Shown here: in pieces, positions 1 to 8,584 of the stretch
Numbering within the stretch: the first letter of the stretch is position 1
How the letters are laid out: each line of letters begins with the position of its first letter
Sequence record: SRR20825019_764
Reading direction: 5' to 3' (one strand)
DNA length: 44,820 nucleotides
Notes under the pieces: model-generated
Told to the model about the DNA's origin: nothing
The model's database searches: none
The model's input: the letters and a program-made list of their open reading frames with translations, nothing else
Program-made: the position numbers and the translations under genes

Positions 1-219
1 ACTCTGCACCGCACACAGACGACAGGAACCGAAAGAATCCAGACTGTCGGTGGCGCACAGTTTGGGAATATTGATATCAGCCAGCGCTGCTGCACGCATC
101 ACTGAGGTGCCTTCCGGCACGGTGATTTCAACACCATCAATTTGCACCGACACCAGCGTTTCCGATAAACGCGCCGGGGTACCGTAATCTTTCTCAGGGT
201 TGAATTTTTCTACTCTCAT
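1..219 (-). CDS. fdsA: NAD-dependent formate dehydrogenase alpha subunit, 5' part (runs off the window)
   Basis: Manual translation MRVEKFNPEKDYGTPA...IDGVEITVPEGTSVMRAA...IPKLCATDSLDSFGSCRLC gives the N-terminal 2Fe-2S motif of FdsA/NuoG; ATGA overlap with the fdsB stop; GGAG RBS. Confidence 0.9.
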   Translation of the reverse strand, partial: MRVEKFNPEKDYGTPARLSETLVSVQIDGVEITVPEGTSVMRAAALADINIPKLCATDSLDSFGSCRLCAVQS

Positions 220-1766
220 GCTGACTCTCCTTGAGCTTTCAGCTCATCGGGGAAATATTTCATCACGCTCTGAACCGGGAACGGGGTCATTCCTCCCATA
301 GCGCATAAAGAGCCGTCGATCATGGTTTCACAGAGATCTTCCAGCAGCACCCAGTTCTTATCCGAATTGTTGCCGTCACGGATGCGATCGATGACCTCGA
401 CGCCGCGGGTGGAACCGATCCGGCAAGGAGTACATTTGCCGCAGGATTCGACTTTGCAAAACTCCATCGAAAAACGCGCCTGTTCCCCCATGTCGACACT
501 GTCGTCAAACATGACTACACCACCGTGACCGAGCACGGCGCCAACAGCAGAGAATTCTTCATAATCGACCGGTGTATCCCACTGACCCGCGGGCATATAG
601 GCACCCAAAGGTCCACCCACCTGAACAGCTTTGAGCGGTCTTTCGGTCAGCGTGCCGCCACCGAAGTCTTCCATCAGTTCACGCAGCGTGATGCCGAAGG
701 CGAGTTCCACCAGCCCGCCCTGTTTAACATTACCGGCCAGCTGCAAAGGCAATGTGCCACGAGAGCGGCCCATGCCGTAATCAGCGTAGGCTTGGCCACC
801 TTTATCAAGAATGTAGGGAATCGCCGCCAATGACAGGACGTTATTCACCACGGTGGGTTTGCTGAACAGGCCGATAATGGCCGGTAATGGCGGCTTGGCT
901 CTGACCAGACCGCGCTTGCCTTCCAGGCTGTCCAGCAGCGAAGTTTCTTCACCGCAGATATAAGCGCCGGCACCAAGACGGACTTCCAGATCAAAATGCT
1001 TGCCTGAGCCCAGAATATTGGCGCCCAGATAACCGGCTTCATAAGCCTTGTCGATGGCTTCATTAAGGAGTCGATGCGCTACCGGGTATTCGGAACGCAG
1101 ATAGATATAACCTTGCGTCGCATGCACCGCGAGCCCCGCTATGGTCATGCCTTCAATCAGCATAAACGGGTCGCACTCCATCACCAGTCGGTCAGCAAAA
1201 GTCCCGGAGTCACCCTCATCGGCATTGCAGACAATATATTTCTGCTCGGATGGGGTATCGAGTACCGTCTGCCATTTGATACCGGTCGGAAACGCGGCAC
1301 CGCCGCGGCCACGCAGACCGGAAGCTTTGACTTCATCCACGATCTGTTGAGGTTCCAGTTTCAGTGCATTTTTGAGGCCCTGATAACCATCGAGAGATTC
1401 ATAATCTTTAAGCGATACGGGATCGGTTATACCGGCACGGGCAAAAGTCAGTCGTTGCTGTTTTTTCAGGTAAGGCATTGCTTCAACCAGACCAATGCAA
1501 CTTGGATGCTGATCACTGCCATTGACAAAGTCCGCCTCAAACAGCGCTGAAATCTGCCCCGGATCCAGAGCAGCATAGCCGACCCGACCTTTATCGGTCT
1601 CAACTTCCACCAGCGGTTCCAGCCATAGCATGCCGCGGGAACCATTACGGATAATCTCGATCGGGATATCGCGCTTTTCAGCTTCCAGCCGGATGGCATC
1701 GGCGACTTTATCTGCACCTAAAGAGAGCGCGGTGGTATCACAAGGCACATAAATTCGTCTGGTCAT
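216..1766 (-). CDS. fdsB: NAD-dependent formate dehydrogenase beta subunit (NuoF-like, FMN/NADH-binding)
   Basis: Motifs GLRGRGGAAFPTGIKW, CNADEGDSGTFADR, GAGAYICGEETSLL, SCGKCTPCR, SLCAMG. Confidence 0.95.
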   Translation of the reverse strand: MTRRIYVPCDTTALSLGADKVADAIRLEAEKRDIPIEIIRNGSRGMLWLEPLVEVETDKGRVGYAALDPGQISALFEADFVNGSDQHPSCIGLVEAMPYLKKQQRLTFARAGITDPVSLKDYESLDGYQGLKNALKLEPQQIVDEVKASGLRGRGGAAFPTGIKWQTVLDTPSEQKYIVCNADEGDSGTFADRLVMECDPFMLIEGMTIAGLAVHATQGYIYLRSEYPVAHRLLNEAIDKAYEAGYLGANILGSGKHFDLEVRLGAGAYICGEETSLLDSLEGKRGLVRAKPPLPAIIGLFSKPTVVNNVLSLAAIPYILDKGGQAYADYGMGRSRGTLPLQLAGNVKQGGLVELAFGITLRELMEDFGGGTLTERPLKAVQVGGPLGAYMPAGQWDTPVDYEEFSAVGAVLGHGGVVMFDDSVDMGEQARFSMEFCKVESCGKCTPCRIGSTRGVEVIDRIRDGNNSDKNWVLLEDLCETMIDGSLCAMGGMTPFPVQSVMKYFPDELKAQGESA

Positions 1767-2257
1767 CAGCCGGCCTCCTTCATGTCTTTCTGATGCTCAG
1801 CGATGAGGGCATCAAATTTATCGAGGCTGATCCGGCCGTGAATAACATCATCAATGCGAATTGAGGGCGCGGTGGCACAATTACCCAGGCAATACACCGC
1901 TTCCAGTGAAAAGCTTCGGTCGGCCGTCGTCTGGTGGTAATCAATGCCCAGTGTTTTTTTAGCATGCTGCTCAAGACTGCGGCAGCCCATTGCCTGACAG
2001 GCCTCGGCTCGACATATTTCTATGGTATGTCTCCCCGGCGGGGTAGTGCGAAAATGATGATAAAAACTGATGACGCCATGCACTTCGGCACGGGTCTGCA
2101 ACAGTGACTCGGCGATCTGACTGACAGCTTTATCCGGAATATAACCGAGCTCATCCTGGATAGCATGCAGAATGGGTAACATCGCACCAGGTTTGTGCTT
2201 CAGTTTGTCGATAATCTGTTGAATGGACTGCATTGCCCACTCTGTGTTTGAACTCAT
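1766..2257 (-). CDS. fdsG: NAD-dependent formate dehydrogenase gamma subunit (NuoE-like 2Fe-2S)
   Basis: Motifs AEVHGVISFYHHF, CRAEACQAMG, YCLGNCA. Start moved to ATG 2257 behind a GGAGAGAGG RBS. Confidence 0.92.
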   Translation of the reverse strand: MSSNTEWAMQSIQQIIDKLKHKPGAMLPILHAIQDELGYIPDKAVSQIAESLLQTRAEVHGVISFYHHFRTTPPGRHTIEICRAEACQAMGCRSLEQHAKKTLGIDYHQTTADRSFSLEAVYCLGNCATAPSIRIDDVIHGRISLDKFDALIAEHQKDMKEAG

Positions 2258-2275
2258 TGCCTCTCTCCATCCGAT

Positions 2276-2295
2276 ATATGCATTAAAATGCATAA
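2276..2295. promoter_or_regulatory. FdsR-type operator, fdsG-proximal copy (ATATG-N10-CATAA)
   Basis: One mismatch to the ATANG-N10-CNTAT dyad described for Cupriavidus (Ralstonia) FdsR; lies in the fdsG leader. Confidence 0.55.
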
Positions 2296-2350
2296 TTAAT
2301 ACTGTTTTTATTGTTGTTATTTGGACATTAGCACAGGGATATACAGATAA

Positions 2351-2374
2351 AAATATGACTTTATGATCATATTT
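2351..2374. promoter_or_regulatory. FdsR-type operator, distal copy (AAATATGA-N8-TCATATTT, containing ATATG-N10-CATAT)
   Basis: Perfect 8-bp inverted repeat matching the FdsR dyad, upstream of the fds operon. Confidence 0.65.
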
Positions 2375-2482
2375 AAAATACTGATTGAGCATCTCGCTTA
2401 TTTCAATTTTTTCAGCGAATCAGTTACTTTGAGCAATGCCTGACAAAGTAGCGGTTTAAGTTAGTGCAGGGGAAGGTGAAAA

Positions 2483-2499
2483 TGCACTCAGAATGTGCG
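2483..2499. promoter_or_regulatory. NtrC-like enhancer site TGCAC-N7-GTGCG
   Basis: One mismatch to TGCAC-N7-GTGCA, about 100 bp upstream of the predicted sigma-54 start site. Confidence 0.4.
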
Positions 2500-2561
2500 C
2501 AAAAATGCTCATTGAGCTAGACTAAAAAATTAAGTCTTTGAAATTAAATGAATAAAATTTA

Positions 2562-2577
2562 TGGCACAGCTGATGCA
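2562..2577 (+). promoter_or_regulatory. sigma-54 (-24/-12) promoter TGGCACAGCTGATGCA
   Basis: GG-N10-GC spacing with TGGCAC and TGCA; predicted +1 near 2588. Confidence 0.6.
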
Positions 2578-2587
2578 AAAGAATGAC

Positions 2588-2679
2588 TACAAACAATTTT
2601 TCAGCTGCATGTTGTTTGTAATTTCTCTCTTGTCTACGTGCTGAACTTGGGGTGAACTGATGTTCACCCCTTTTTTTTT
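2588..2679 (+). ncRNA. candidate ~92-nt sigma-54-dependent small RNA
   Basis: Bounded by a sigma-54 promoter and an intrinsic terminator; 5' hairpin TACAAACAA/TTGTTTGTA; U/C-rich linker; no + strand gene feeds this terminator. Confidence 0.55.
2649..2679 (+). terminator. intrinsic terminator
   Basis: GGGGTGAAC-tgat-GTTCACCCC followed by T9. Confidence 0.85.
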
Positions 2680-2748
2680 GCAACTGATTCAGGCCTGATG
2701 ACTCTGATAGCATAGAGATATGTTCAATAATCGGTTCCTGAGGGCAAG

Positions 2749-3678
2749 ATGCATCAGCACACTATCGAACGCTGGCAGCAGGATCATGACTTTGTCATCG
2801 TCAATAAACACGGTGAGAAACGAACCCGTTATGTCTTACTGCTGACGGCTGTAACGATGCTGGCCGAAATCATCGCCGGCATGGCTTTCGGGTCTATGGC
2901 GCTGCTGGCAGACGGCTGGCACATGGCGACGCACGTTGCCGCTTTTCTGATTACCCTGTTTGCCTATCACTACGCCACGAAACACGCGAACAATCCTGAT
3001 TTTGCGTTCGGCACCGGTAAGGTCAGCGTGCTTGGTGGATTCACCAGTGCTATCGCCCTCGGCGTGGTCGCGGTATTGATGGCGCTTGAATCCATGGAGC
3101 GGCTGGTCAATCCGCATGACATTCAGTTGAATGCAGCGATTGCTGTCGCTTTTCTTGGTCTCGCTGTCAATGTGGCCAGTGCCGTGCTGTTAAAAGATCA
3201 TCATCATAGCCACAGTGAGCTTGAGCATCATCACGATCACAATCTGAAAGCGGCCTATGTTCATGTGCTGGCTGATGCGCTGACCTCGGTACTGGCAATC
3301 ATTGCATTGATTGCAGCCAAACTGGCCGGGCTGACCTGGCTGGATCCAGTGATGGGTGTCGTCGGTGCGCTGATCATCACGGTCTGGGCGGTGGGCCTGA
3401 TTCGGGAAACCAGTCCGATTCTGTTGGATGGCAGTATCGATGCAGACTATCGGCAAGCCATACAGCGGCGGATCGAACATGATGCTGATAACCGCATTGC
3501 CGATTTCCATATCTGGCATATCAGTCCTCATCACTATGCCGCTATTTTTACCATTGTCACGGCCAAGCCTCAGTCAACGTCGTATTACAAAGCACTGTTA
3601 TCCGAGTTCGATCGTCTGTCTCATATCACGATAGAAGTGCATCAATGTGAAGATGCGCATTGCAGTCACCCGAGTTAA
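2749..3678 (+). CDS. dmeF: CDF family Co/Ni/Zn efflux transporter, DmeF-like
   Basis: GSMALLADGWHM, His-rich loop DHHHSHSELEHHHDHN, AAYVHVLADALTS, C-terminal HITIEV. Confidence 0.85.
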   Translation: MHQHTIERWQQDHDFVIVNKHGEKRTRYVLLLTAVTMLAEIIAGMAFGSMALLADGWHMATHVAAFLITLFAYHYATKHANNPDFAFGTGKVSVLGGFTSAIALGVVAVLMALESMERLVNPHDIQLNAAIAVAFLGLAVNVASAVLLKDHHHSHSELEHHHDHNLKAAYVHVLADALTSVLAIIALIAAKLAGLTWLDPVMGVVGALIITVWAVGLIRETSPILLDGSIDADYRQAIQRRIEHDADNRIADFHIWHISPHHYAAIFTIVTAKPQSTSYYKALLSEFDRLSHITIEVHQCEDAHCSHPS

Positions 3679-3720
3679 AACGGGCAAAGACGAAACCGGA
3701 TAAAAGCTTTTTTACTTCAC

Positions 3721-3736
3721 CGGTACGAATATTGCG
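3721..3736 (+). promoter_or_regulatory. sigma-54 (-24/-12) promoter CGGTACGAATATTGCG
   Basis: GG(3722-3723)-N10-GC(3734-3735), close to YTGGCACG-N4-TTGC, about 40 bp upstream of the glucosylglycerate operon. Confidence 0.55.
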
Positions 3737-3773
3737 TTGCTCCTCATCATCGTTTCAATGAAGAACATGAGAT

Positions 3774-5540
3774 ATGGATATGCTGAACATCGACCTCAGC
3801 GGCTTTCTCCAACAGCACCGCCTCCCCGCAGGCTACCAGCAGCAAATCACGGAATGGTTTGCGCCGCTTGCTGATGCCATCAAAACGCACCACAATGGTG
3901 CTGGACGCTCGATTATCGTCGGTATTAATGGTGCTCAGGGTTCAGGTAAAAGTACGCTGGCTGCTTGCCTGGCCTTTCTGTTGGAACAGCAACACCATTT
4001 ACGTGCCCTGTCTCTCTCTTTAGACGACTTTTACTTTACTCGTGCCGAACGCCAGCGACTGGCACAGGGTATTCATCCACTGCTCTCGACACGCGGGGTT
4101 CCTGGCACGCACGATATTCCGCTGGCCCGGAAAACGCTGAGTGATTTGCTGCATCAGCATTTACCAGTGCTGATTCCCCGCTTCAATAAAGCGATTGATG
4201 ACCGTTATCCGCCGGAGTTTGCCGAATGCATTAATGAGCCTGTTGATGTGATTGTGCTGGAGGGCTGGTGTCTCGGTGCCAGTGCTGAAACTGAAGACGC
4301 CCTGTCTGAGCCGGTTAATGAACTGGAGTCCAGCGAAGACCCGCATGGCCGCTGGCGTCGCTATGTTAATGAACAGCTGGCGCTGTTTTATCCTAAATTA
4401 TTCGAGTTGATTGATATCTGGGTCATGCTGAAAGCACCGGATTTTCAGTGCGTTTATGACTGGCGTCTGGAGCAGGAAAATAAACTGCGTGACAGCAGCC
4501 GTGCTCAGCATCAGATCATGGATGCTTCACAAGTGGCTCGGTTCATCAAGTTTTATCAACGCATCACCCAACACACACTGAAAACACTGCCTTTGCGAGT
4601 CAATTATTTGTTTGAGCTGGATCAGAACCGGCAAATCATCAAACTGACATCAAAGCCGCCCACACTGACGCCCATGACGAAAAAACAATGGCTGGTCTTC
4701 ACTGACATGGACGGCAGCCTGCTCGATCATCACAACTATCATTTTGATGAAGCGGTGCCAACGCTGATGGCACTGGAAGACCACCATATCCCGGTGATAC
4801 CGGTGACCAGTAAAACCCAGGCTGAAGTTGAATTGCTTCGTGACAGTCTCCACAACAGTCACCCCTTTATTGTTGAAAACGGGGCTGCCATATTCATCCC
4901 TGTCGGCTATTTTAAACAGCAACCTGCGGATACCATCGAAAAAAACGGCTACTGGCTTAAAGAGTTTGTGGCACCCCGCTCACACTGGCAATCATTAATC
5001 GAGCAAACCCGCAGCCGTTACCAGGGCGAGTTCAAGACCTTTGCCGAAGTCGGTATTGACGGCATTATCGCGATGACCGGGCTCAATGTGCATGCTGCTG
5101 CCCGTGCCGCACGCCGGCAATACGGTGAACCCATCGCCTGGCAGGGTAATGGCAATCTTAAACAGCAGTTCATTAATGACCTGAAGCAGGCCGGTGCCCA
5201 TATTCTCGAAGGCGGCCGTTTTATGCATGTCTCGGGCGATTGCGATAAGGGGCGCGCCATTCAATGGCTGAAACAGCGATACCAGACAGCAAGCCCTGAT
5301 ACTAAAATGGTGTCACTGGCGATCGGTGATAGTCAGAATGATAAGGCCATGCTGGAACAGGCTGATTATGCCCTGCTGATTCGTTCGCCGGTTCACCCGC
5401 TGCCCACCATTGAGCGCACTGACAAGCTTGTTGTTTCCAGCCACACCGGACCCAAAGGCTGGGCGGAAGGTGTCAATCAAATTATCGATGCAACGTTGCA
5501 TTCCGATTCATCCACATTACCCCGAGGCAATCATGGCTGA
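3774..5540 (+). CDS. fusion of GLYK-type D-glycerate 3-kinase and HAD-IIB glucosyl/mannosyl-3-phosphoglycerate phosphatase
   Basis: N-half: P-loop GAQGSGKSTL, SLDDFY, RGVPGTHD, EGWC. C-half: FTDMDGSLL, TSKT, PFIVENG, GGRFMH, DKG, GDSQND. Confidence 0.85.
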   Translation: MDMLNIDLSGFLQQHRLPAGYQQQITEWFAPLADAIKTHHNGAGRSIIVGINGAQGSGKSTLAACLAFLLEQQHHLRALSLSLDDFYFTRAERQRLAQGIHPLLSTRGVPGTHDIPLARKTLSDLLHQHLPVLIPRFNKAIDDRYPPEFAECINEPVDVIVLEGWCLGASAETEDALSEPVNELESSEDPHGRWRRYVNEQLALFYPKLFELIDIWVMLKAPDFQCVYDWRLEQENKLRDSSRAQHQIMDASQVARFIKFYQRITQHTLKTLPLRVNYLFELDQNRQIIKLTSKPPTLTPMTKKQWLVFTDMDGSLLDHHNYHFDEAVPTLMALEDHHIPVIPVTSKTQAEVELLRDSLHNSHPFIVENGAAIFIPVGYFKQQPADTIEKNGYWLKEFVAPRSHWQSLIEQTRSRYQGEFKTFAEVGIDGIIAMTGLNVHAAARAARRQYGEPIAWQGNGNLKQQFINDLKQAGAHILEGGRFMHVSGDCDKGRAIQWLKQRYQTASPDTKMVSLAIGDSQNDKAMLEQADYALLIRSPVHPLPTIERTDKLVVSSHTGPKGWAEGVNQIIDATLHSDSSTLPRGNHG

Positions 5541-6756
5541 TTTTTACCAGAATGGGATTATTACCACCTTACACAACCTGACTCACCGCCACATCGCTGA
5601 TCTGGAGAGTGACCTGCTGCAGTTCAGCAAACAACGGCCGATGGGCTTGCTACTGCCATCTTTATTCTCGGAACTGGAGGGTGAAGCCCTGCCTAATATT
5701 GTGCAGCAGCTGAAAAATGTCCCGTATCTGTCGGAAATCGTCATCGGGCTGGATCGTGCTGATGAGGCGCAATACCGGCATGCCATTAAATTCTTTTCTG
5801 ACTTGCCGCAGCACCATCGAATTCTTTGGAATGACGGGCCGCGTCTCAAAGCCATTGACGCCGAGTTACAGTCGCTGGGACTGGCCCCCAAGGAGCTGGG
5901 TAAAGGGCGTAATGTTTGGTATTGCATGGGCTATATTCTGGCCTCCGGCAAAACCGAATCCATCGCGCTGCATGACTGCGATATCGTCACCTACACCAGT
6001 GAATTACTGGCAAGGCTGATTTATCCGGTCGCCAATCCACAGTTCAATTATGAATTCTGTAAAGGTTATTACGCCCGTGTTGCCGGCGGCAAACTCAACG
6101 GTCGCGTCAACCGGCTACTGGTCACGCCGCTTATCCGGGCGCTTAAGTCCGTGATTGGTCACCATCCCTATCTGGAATATATGGACAGCTTTCGCTATCC
6201 GCTGGCAGGTGAATTCTCCTTCCGCCGGGACGTGCTGACCGATATCCGCATTCCCAGTGACTGGGGACTGGAAATCGGCGTGTTATCAGAGATGCATCGT
6301 AACTATGCCAATAACCGACTTTGTCAGGTCGATGTTGCCGATGCTTATGATCACAAACATCAAAATCTGTCACTGGACGATCAGCGTGGCGGCCTGTCAA
6401 AAATGTCGATTGATATCGCCAAATCCCTGTTCCGGAAACTGGCAACCAAGGGCGTGGTGTTATCTCCTGAAGCTTTTCGCAGCCTTAAAGCCACTTACTA
6501 TCGTATCGCACTGGACTTTGTCGAAACCTATCGCAATGATGCTGTCATGAACGGCCTCAATTTCGATATACACCAGGAAGAGGAATCGGTAGAAATGTTC
6601 GCCAAAAACATTATGGATGCCGGCCAGATGTTTCTGGAAAATCCGATGGAAACGCCGTTTACACCAAGCTGGAGCCGGGTGCAGAGTGCACTGCCGGATA
6701 TTTTTGACCGGCTCTATGAGGCGGTTGAAGCCGATTACCAGGAATTTTCTGCCTGA
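5533..6756 (+). CDS. gpgS: glucosyl-3-phosphoglycerate synthase (glycosyltransferase)
   Basis: MADFYQNG start, GKGRNVW, HDCDI, KGYYAR, YPLAGEF, DWGLEIG, YDHKHQ; ATG 5533 with GAGG RBS overlaps the upstream stop. Confidence 0.85.
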   Translation: MADFYQNGIITTLHNLTHRHIADLESDLLQFSKQRPMGLLLPSLFSELEGEALPNIVQQLKNVPYLSEIVIGLDRADEAQYRHAIKFFSDLPQHHRILWNDGPRLKAIDAELQSLGLAPKELGKGRNVWYCMGYILASGKTESIALHDCDIVTYTSELLARLIYPVANPQFNYEFCKGYYARVAGGKLNGRVNRLLVTPLIRALKSVIGHHPYLEYMDSFRYPLAGEFSFRRDVLTDIRIPSDWGLEIGVLSEMHRNYANNRLCQVDVADAYDHKHQNLSLDDQRGGLSKMSIDIAKSLFRKLATKGVVLSPEAFRSLKATYYRIALDFVETYRNDAVMNGLNFDIHQEEESVEMFAKNIMDAGQMFLENPMETPFTPSWSRVQSALPDIFDRLYEAVEADYQEFSA

Positions 6757-6769
6757 GGACTGATGCTTG

Positions 6770-8524
6770 ATGACCGTGACTGACGAGCAGCTTAATCAGC
6801 TGCATGAAACCGTTCTCTATCATCTGCAGGCGATTTATCAAGACAGCCTGCCTGATTTATCGTTGCCTGAACTGAGTGATGACATCATAAAAATAATGGG
6901 TCTCGACGAGACTTTTTTCGAGTCGGTTCCCCATAAAAACAACTGGGATCAATCTGATGTGGTGCTCATTACCTACGGCAACAGTGTGCAGCGTCAGGGC
7001 GAAGCACCACTGAAGACCTTATATCGCTTCCTCAACCACGAGATTAAAGGCTATATCAACGGCGTACATATACTGCCGTTTTTCCCTTTCTGCTCCGATG
7101 ATGGCTTTGCCGTGATGGACTATTACCAGGTCAACAAGGCGCTCGGTGACTGGGAGGATATAGAGAGAATCGCTGGCGATTACCGCTTGATGGCGGACCT
7201 GGTGATTAACCACGGCTCCAGCAGCGGAGAATGGTTCAAAAACTTTATCAAAGGGGAAGGTCCGGGCCATGACTACTTTTATACCACTGCTGCCGACACA
7301 GCGGTAAGTCAGGTAGTACGCCCGCGCACCAGTCCCTTGCTGCGGGAAACCGAAACCCACGACGGCATCAAATATGTCTGGTGCACCTTCAGTCATACCC
7401 AGGTCGATTTCGATTTCCGTAATCCCGAAGTGTTGAAGGAATTCATCCGTATCGTACGGTTCTATCTCGATAAAGGGATCCGCATTTTCCGTCTGGATGC
7501 CGTCGCTTTTTTATGGAAAAAGCCGGGCACCAGTTGCCTGAATCTGTCTGAAACACACGAAGTAGTGCGACTGATGCGCAACCTGATTCAACATGCTCAG
7601 CCGGATGCCGTCATCATCACCGAAACAAATATCCCCAACCGGGAAAACCTGAGTTATTTCGGTAATGCCAACGAAGCGCACTGTATTTATAACTTCTCTC
7701 TGCCACCGCTGCTGGTCAATACACTGGTCACCGGCAACTGCTTCTATCTCAAGCAATGGCTGATGAGTATGCCGCCGGCTCAGAACGGTACGGCCTATTT
7801 TAATTTTATTGCCTCGCATGACGGCATAGGTCTGCGCCCGGCAGAGGGTCTGCTGACTGATAGCGAAATCGCGTCACTGATCAGTACCATGCAACAGTTC
7901 GGCGGCCAGATTTCATGGCGCGCCGGTGATAACGGTGTCAAAAAACCTTATGAAATCAACATTGCTTTATTTGATGCTTTACAGGGGACAACCCAAGGGC
8001 CCGATCAATGGCAAATCGACCGTTTTGTCTGCGCTCATGCCATCATGCTCTCACTGGAAGGTATTCCGGGTATTTATATCCACAGTTTGCTCGCGACCAG
8101 TAATGATCTGGACAAACTTGAGCATAGCGGTCACAACCGCGCCATTAACCGGCACGAGTGGGATTACGATAAACTGACGGCTGAACTGGCCGATCCGGCC
8201 TCCCAGCATGCCCGCGTCTCTGATCTGTTGAAAAAGCTGGTGCACCTGCGCCAACAACAACGGGCCTTCCATCCCAATGCCACGCAGTTTACGCTACAAA
8301 TGGGGGAACAGCTGTTCGGTTTCTGGCGTCAGAGCATGGACAGACGTCAGAGTATTTTCTGTATTTTTAATATCAGCGATACGCCTCAGGCACTTCGCAT
8401 CGCTGAGCTTAATTTAATCGTGACCGATCGCTGGTGGGACCTTATCAGTGGTCATATTTTTGATGAAAAAACAGAGACTTTCACTGTTAAGCCCTATCAA
8501 GTGCTATGGATCACAAACAGTTGA
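6770..8524 (+). CDS. GH13_18 sugar phosphorylase, probable glucosylglycerate phosphorylase
   Basis: GVHILPF, DLVINH, RLDAVAF nucleophile, ETN acid/base motif (EIH in sucrose phosphorylase), ASHDGIG, PYEIN loop; operon context. Start is ATG 6770 or TTG 6767. Confidence 0.82.
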   Translation: MTVTDEQLNQLHETVLYHLQAIYQDSLPDLSLPELSDDIIKIMGLDETFFESVPHKNNWDQSDVVLITYGNSVQRQGEAPLKTLYRFLNHEIKGYINGVHILPFFPFCSDDGFAVMDYYQVNKALGDWEDIERIAGDYRLMADLVINHGSSSGEWFKNFIKGEGPGHDYFYTTAADTAVSQVVRPRTSPLLRETETHDGIKYVWCTFSHTQVDFDFRNPEVLKEFIRIVRFYLDKGIRIFRLDAVAFLWKKPGTSCLNLSETHEVVRLMRNLIQHAQPDAVIITETNIPNRENLSYFGNANEAHCIYNFSLPPLLVNTLVTGNCFYLKQWLMSMPPAQNGTAYFNFIASHDGIGLRPAEGLLTDSEIASLISTMQQFGGQISWRAGDNGVKKPYEINIALFDALQGTTQGPDQWQIDRFVCAHAIMLSLEGIPGIYIHSLLATSNDLDKLEHSGHNRAINRHEWDYDKLTAELADPASQHARVSDLLKKLVHLRQQQRAFHPNATQFTLQMGEQLFGFWRQSMDRRQSIFCIFNISDTPQALRIAELNLIVTDRWWDLISGHIFDEKTETFTVKPYQVLWITNS

Positions 8525-8584
8525 TGACTGTCATGATACATTCACGATGGTTTGTTAATGTTTTTTCCAAAAAAGGATAATTGC

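Noticed and set aside
2258-2392. 45-aa N-terminal extension of fdsG in the ORF track
   Set aside because: It runs through AT-rich promoter/operator DNA; a strong RBS sits at ATG 2257.
2522-2713. 63-aa minus-strand ORF
   Set aside because: It overlaps a terminator and promoter, has no recognisable motif, and is better explained as the antisense of the sRNA unit.
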